A DNA stretch of 19,717 bases from Candidatus Hadarchaeales archaeon (GTDB taxonomy: Archaea; Hadarchaeota; Hadarchaeia; Hadarchaeales; WYZ-LMO6): contig JAWCKR010000012.1 of assembly GCA_038851755.1 (NCBI GenBank), forward strand, positions 21,544 through 41,260, read 5' to 3'. Each line of letters opens with the position of its first letter. Positions within the stretch are counted from its first letter, which is position 1. The notes under the pieces were generated by a model. It saw only the letters and a list, made by a program, of their open reading frames with translations. It was not told the origin of the DNA and did no database searches. A program made the translations under genes and the position numbers. Positions 17,043 to 19,717 of this stretch are shown piece by piece.

Positions 17043-17834
17043 ATGGCGGCGGGCAAGGTGAAGTACGAGCCGCAGATTTACCCTGGAAAGGATGAGACGT
17101 CGGAGAGGAGACGGAAGCTCTGGGACAAGAAGAGGAAGCTGGCGAAGTACCGTGAGATCTCCGACGATGATATCACCCGCCTGCTGGGGCACAGGGCGGT
17201 AGGGGCCCTCTATCCCAGCGTGCACCCGCCTCTGGAGGAACTCATCGAGCCCTACGACCCCATCAAGAACATCGTGGTCCCCACTCCCGGGGCCAGAGCC
17301 GGGGACAGGATAAGGTTCGTGCAGTTCGCGGACAGCTTCTGGCATCCACCCATCGCACCCTACGGCAGGCTGAGGCTCTACTTCAACAGGCTGAGGGGGA
17401 TAGACGTGGTGGCCTACAGCGGGAGGTGCATCCTGGAGATGAGGGAGAGGGACCTGGAGGCGGCGATGAAGATGCTGCTGGAGACAGAAATCTTCAACCC
17501 CGCCAGGACGGCCCTGAAGGGTATAACCATCCACGGTCACTCCCTGAGGCTGGACGAGGACGGGCTGATGTTCGACGCCAGGAGGAGGTACATCTTGGAC
17601 AAGTCAAGCGGGGAGGTGGTGTACATCAAGGACCAGATGGGGAGGGTGCTGGACAACCCAGTGCCTGTGGGCAGACCCCTCTCCGAGGAGGAGTGCAGGA
17701 AGCTGGACCTGGCCTATACCTGGGACACTCATCCCTTCAAATCGAGGACTGAGGTTTTGGAGATTATCTCCAGGGCAGCCAAGCTGAGGGTATTGGCGGG
17801 TTTCAATCCAGAACTCCTGACGGAAGAAATGTGA
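17043..17834 (+). CDS. acrG: Alkyl-coenzyme M reductase gamma subunit
   Basis: YEPQIYPG, LLGHR...YPSVHPPLEE, GARAGDRIRFVQFADS, SGR..LE.RERDLE, HGHSLRLDEDGLMFD. Confidence 0.95.
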   Translation: MAAGKVKYEPQIYPGKDETSERRRKLWDKKRKLAKYREISDDDITRLLGHRAVGALYPSVHPPLEELIEPYDPIKNIVVPTPGARAGDRIRFVQFADSFWHPPIAPYGRLRLYFNRLRGIDVVAYSGRCILEMRERDLEAAMKMLLETEIFNPARTALKGITIHGHSLRLDEDGLMFDARRRYILDKSSGEVVYIKDQMGRVLDNPVPVGRPLSEEECRKLDLAYTWDTHPFKSRTEVLEIISRAAKLRVLAGFNPELLTEEM

Positions 17835-17843
17835 GGTGGGTTT

Positions 17844-19415
17844 TTGAGCAAGCATCTAGAGGGGGTCAGCAAGGTTCTGAGCCCGGAGGCTTTTGAGGAT
17901 TTCAAGAAGAGAGTCACAGGCACGGTTTTGGAGATAAGGGAAAAACAAGCTGAGTACTACCGGGACACCTATCCTCCCGGTTACGAACACATAGCCCCCG
18001 ATGGCATGGCCACCGAGCCTTGGATCCTGAACTGGGTGAGGGAGCGTGGTGGAATAACCATGGAGGAGTACGACAAGCTGATTTACGAGGAATTTGTGGA
18101 ATGGGCTTACCGCGTTATCCATGCCATAGGGGTTTGCAAGCGTGCGGTGGCGGAGAAGCCCCCGGTTTCGGAACTCATCAAGGCCAAGTGGCTGTGCCAC
18201 CTCAGCCATCCCCCCGCTTATATGGTGAGACCAGATCTTGGTTTCTCTACCACCCAGATGCTCTATGGTAAGTACGCAACCACCATGTGGTGCCATGTGG
18301 ACTGGTGGAGGGGAGAGTTCGTTTGGTTCCAAGGATATCACAACGAGGATGGAGTGCCGGTCCAGCACTGGATCATAGGCATGACCAGGGAAATCGTGCA
18401 GCACTTCGACGAGGAGGACAGGCAGAAGCTCCTCACGCCCAGCGACTTCATGGCGGTTCCTCCCGATGTCACGATGCCCCTCGACCGCAGGCACCTGCGC
18501 ACAGGTATAAAGCTCAGGGAGATCCCCAAGAAGTCCCCCTACGATCTGGTGGAGTGGCTCAGGATGGCCAGGGACATCATCAAGGACCTGAGGGAAGAAA
18601 TTTTCCCCAAGTGGGCTCATGCCACTCTCTATATCTCCACTTCACCAGGCAACATGGGAATAGGTTCCCAGCACACTTTCTGGACCTCGCATTTCTGGGC
18701 GCTGGTCTGGATGGCCATGAACGCCACCAGGCTGATCGGCATACCCATCATGTTCTACACCTACGAACCCCTCCCCCCCATCCTCAACACCCTCCTGGCC
18801 CTTCCCGCCGAACTCTGGGTGAGGAGGTTGGAGGAACTCTTCACCACGGGGCCGAAGGGTCTGGTTTGCGATGCCGTCAACAAGGTCATCACTCCTGAGA
18901 AGAAGACCCCCATGCTCCACCAGATGAGAGAGCTCTACCTCAAAGGGAAGGCGTTCAAGGGGATGGCTCTCCCCTACGATGAGGGCATACCTCCGCCCAA
19001 GGCCTTCTTCACCGCCCTTCCCGCGCCCGTTTACAGGGAGGTGAACATAAGGGATGTGTTCGCCAACCCAGACAAGCTACCCAAGGAGTACTGGGAGCTG
19101 CTGGAGTCCGAAGGAGGAGTGGACAGGAAGACGGGTAGGATTCCACCCTACAACGAAGTTCCCAGGCTGAAGTACCTCTTCGACCCCACCATAGAGTGGC
19201 TGAAGCCCAGCGACTTTCCCCCCATAGACTGGAAGGAAGGTCAGGTCTGGCCAGTGGACATGACGAGGGAAAAGATGCAGATAATGGTGGAGGAGGGCTA
19301 CGACGGCTCGGGGGAGAATCTCCTGCACTACAGTTGTCTAGCAGACAAGAAGATGGGCCAAGAGGGGAAGCTGGTTCTTCTGGGCACCACACCCTACAAG
19401 CTGCCCGTAGAGTAA
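17844..19415 (+). CDS. Uncharacterised 523-aa Trp/Pro/Met-rich protein in the acr operon
   Basis: TTG start 9 nt after the acrG stop with a GAGGTG RBS; long clean ORF; family not recognised. Confidence 0.8.
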   Translation: MSKHLEGVSKVLSPEAFEDFKKRVTGTVLEIREKQAEYYRDTYPPGYEHIAPDGMATEPWILNWVRERGGITMEEYDKLIYEEFVEWAYRVIHAIGVCKRAVAEKPPVSELIKAKWLCHLSHPPAYMVRPDLGFSTTQMLYGKYATTMWCHVDWWRGEFVWFQGYHNEDGVPVQHWIIGMTREIVQHFDEEDRQKLLTPSDFMAVPPDVTMPLDRRHLRTGIKLREIPKKSPYDLVEWLRMARDIIKDLREEIFPKWAHATLYISTSPGNMGIGSQHTFWTSHFWALVWMAMNATRLIGIPIMFYTYEPLPPILNTLLALPAELWVRRLEELFTTGPKGLVCDAVNKVITPEKKTPMLHQMRELYLKGKAFKGMALPYDEGIPPPKAFFTALPAPVYREVNIRDVFANPDKLPKEYWELLESEGGVDRKTGRIPPYNEVPRLKYLFDPTIEWLKPSDFPPIDWKEGQVWPVDMTREKMQIMVEEGYDGSGENLLHYSCLADKKMGQEGKLVLLGTTPYKLPVE

Positions 19416-19445
19416 CCTTTTTATTTACTTCTTTCCCATTCTCCT
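19416..19445 (+). promoter_or_regulatory. Pyrimidine/T-rich tract: possible terminator and/or TATA box for acrA2
   Basis: CCTTTTTATTTACTTCTTTCCC follows the stop; TTTTTAT lies about 26 nt upstream of GTG 19450, similar to the acrA1 promoter. Confidence 0.4.
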
Positions 19446-19449
19446 AAAC

Positions 19450-19717
19450 GTGGAGAGAAAGAGAGGGCTGGACGAAAGGGCAGGCCAGCTCGAAGCTAGG
19501 GAGAGGGAATATATCCGAGAATTGTACGCTCTTTCCAAGAAGTACCTCGAGGTGGAGAAGGAGAGACCTCTGTACTCGATTATGCAGCGCACCTTCGGCT
19601 CCGACCCCTTCGCCCTCCAGGACTCCCAGATGTACAAGAGGGGGGGCTACAGGCAGTCCAGGCGCAAGCAGGAGTTCGCCAAGCTGGGGAGGCAGGTGGC
19701 CGTGGAGAGGGGTCTCC
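19450..19717 (+). CDS. acrA: Second ACR alpha subunit, 5' part (runs off the window)
   Basis: Not in the ORF track. Hand translation MERKRGLDERAGQLEAREREYIRELYALSKKYLEVEKERPLYSIMQRTFGSDPFALQDSQMYKRGGYRQSRRKQEFAKLGRQVAVERGL is paralogous to the acrA1 N-terminus. Confidence 0.9.
   Translation, partial: MERKRGLDERAGQLEAREREYIRELYALSKKYLEVEKERPLYSIMQRTFGSDPFALQDSQMYKRGGYRQSRRKQEFAKLGRQVAVERGL
19591..19717 (+). repeat. 127-nt exact direct repeat, copy 2 (inside acrA2, at the window end)
   Basis: Identical to 13362-13488. Confidence 0.95.

Noticed and set aside
13209-17834. Interpretation as methanogenesis (mcr plus mtrA)
   Set aside because: The active-site residues are non-canonical, and the MtrA is stand-alone with no other mtr subunits in the window.
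1-19717. CRISPR array, transposase or integrase
   Set aside because: No spaced repeats or mobile-element motifs were seen; CTC/GAG-rich tracts reflect Glu/Arg/Leu codon usage.

Overview
GC-rich archaeal DNA, probably from an anaerobic alkane oxidiser (Hadarchaeota-like; the lineage is an inference). From left to right it carries: (i) a minus-strand methanofuran/methanopterin biosynthesis cluster (citG-like, DUF447, DHPS-like, mfnB, mfnD, partial mfnF) interrupted by a stand-alone encapsulin-type ferritin; (ii) acr3-arsR arsenite resistance genes divergent from a ferredoxin-MtrA fusion; (iii) an Smc5/6-like short SMC, kleisin and kite operon; (iv) tRNA-Thr(TGT); (v) a highly divergent MCR-family, alkyl-coenzyme M reductase (ACR)-type operon ordered acrA, SCP2-like gene, acrB, acrG, 523-aa unknown gene, then the start of a second acrA. 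The last 127 nt of the window are identical to part of the first acrA. All calls come from motif recognition by eye; no searches were run.
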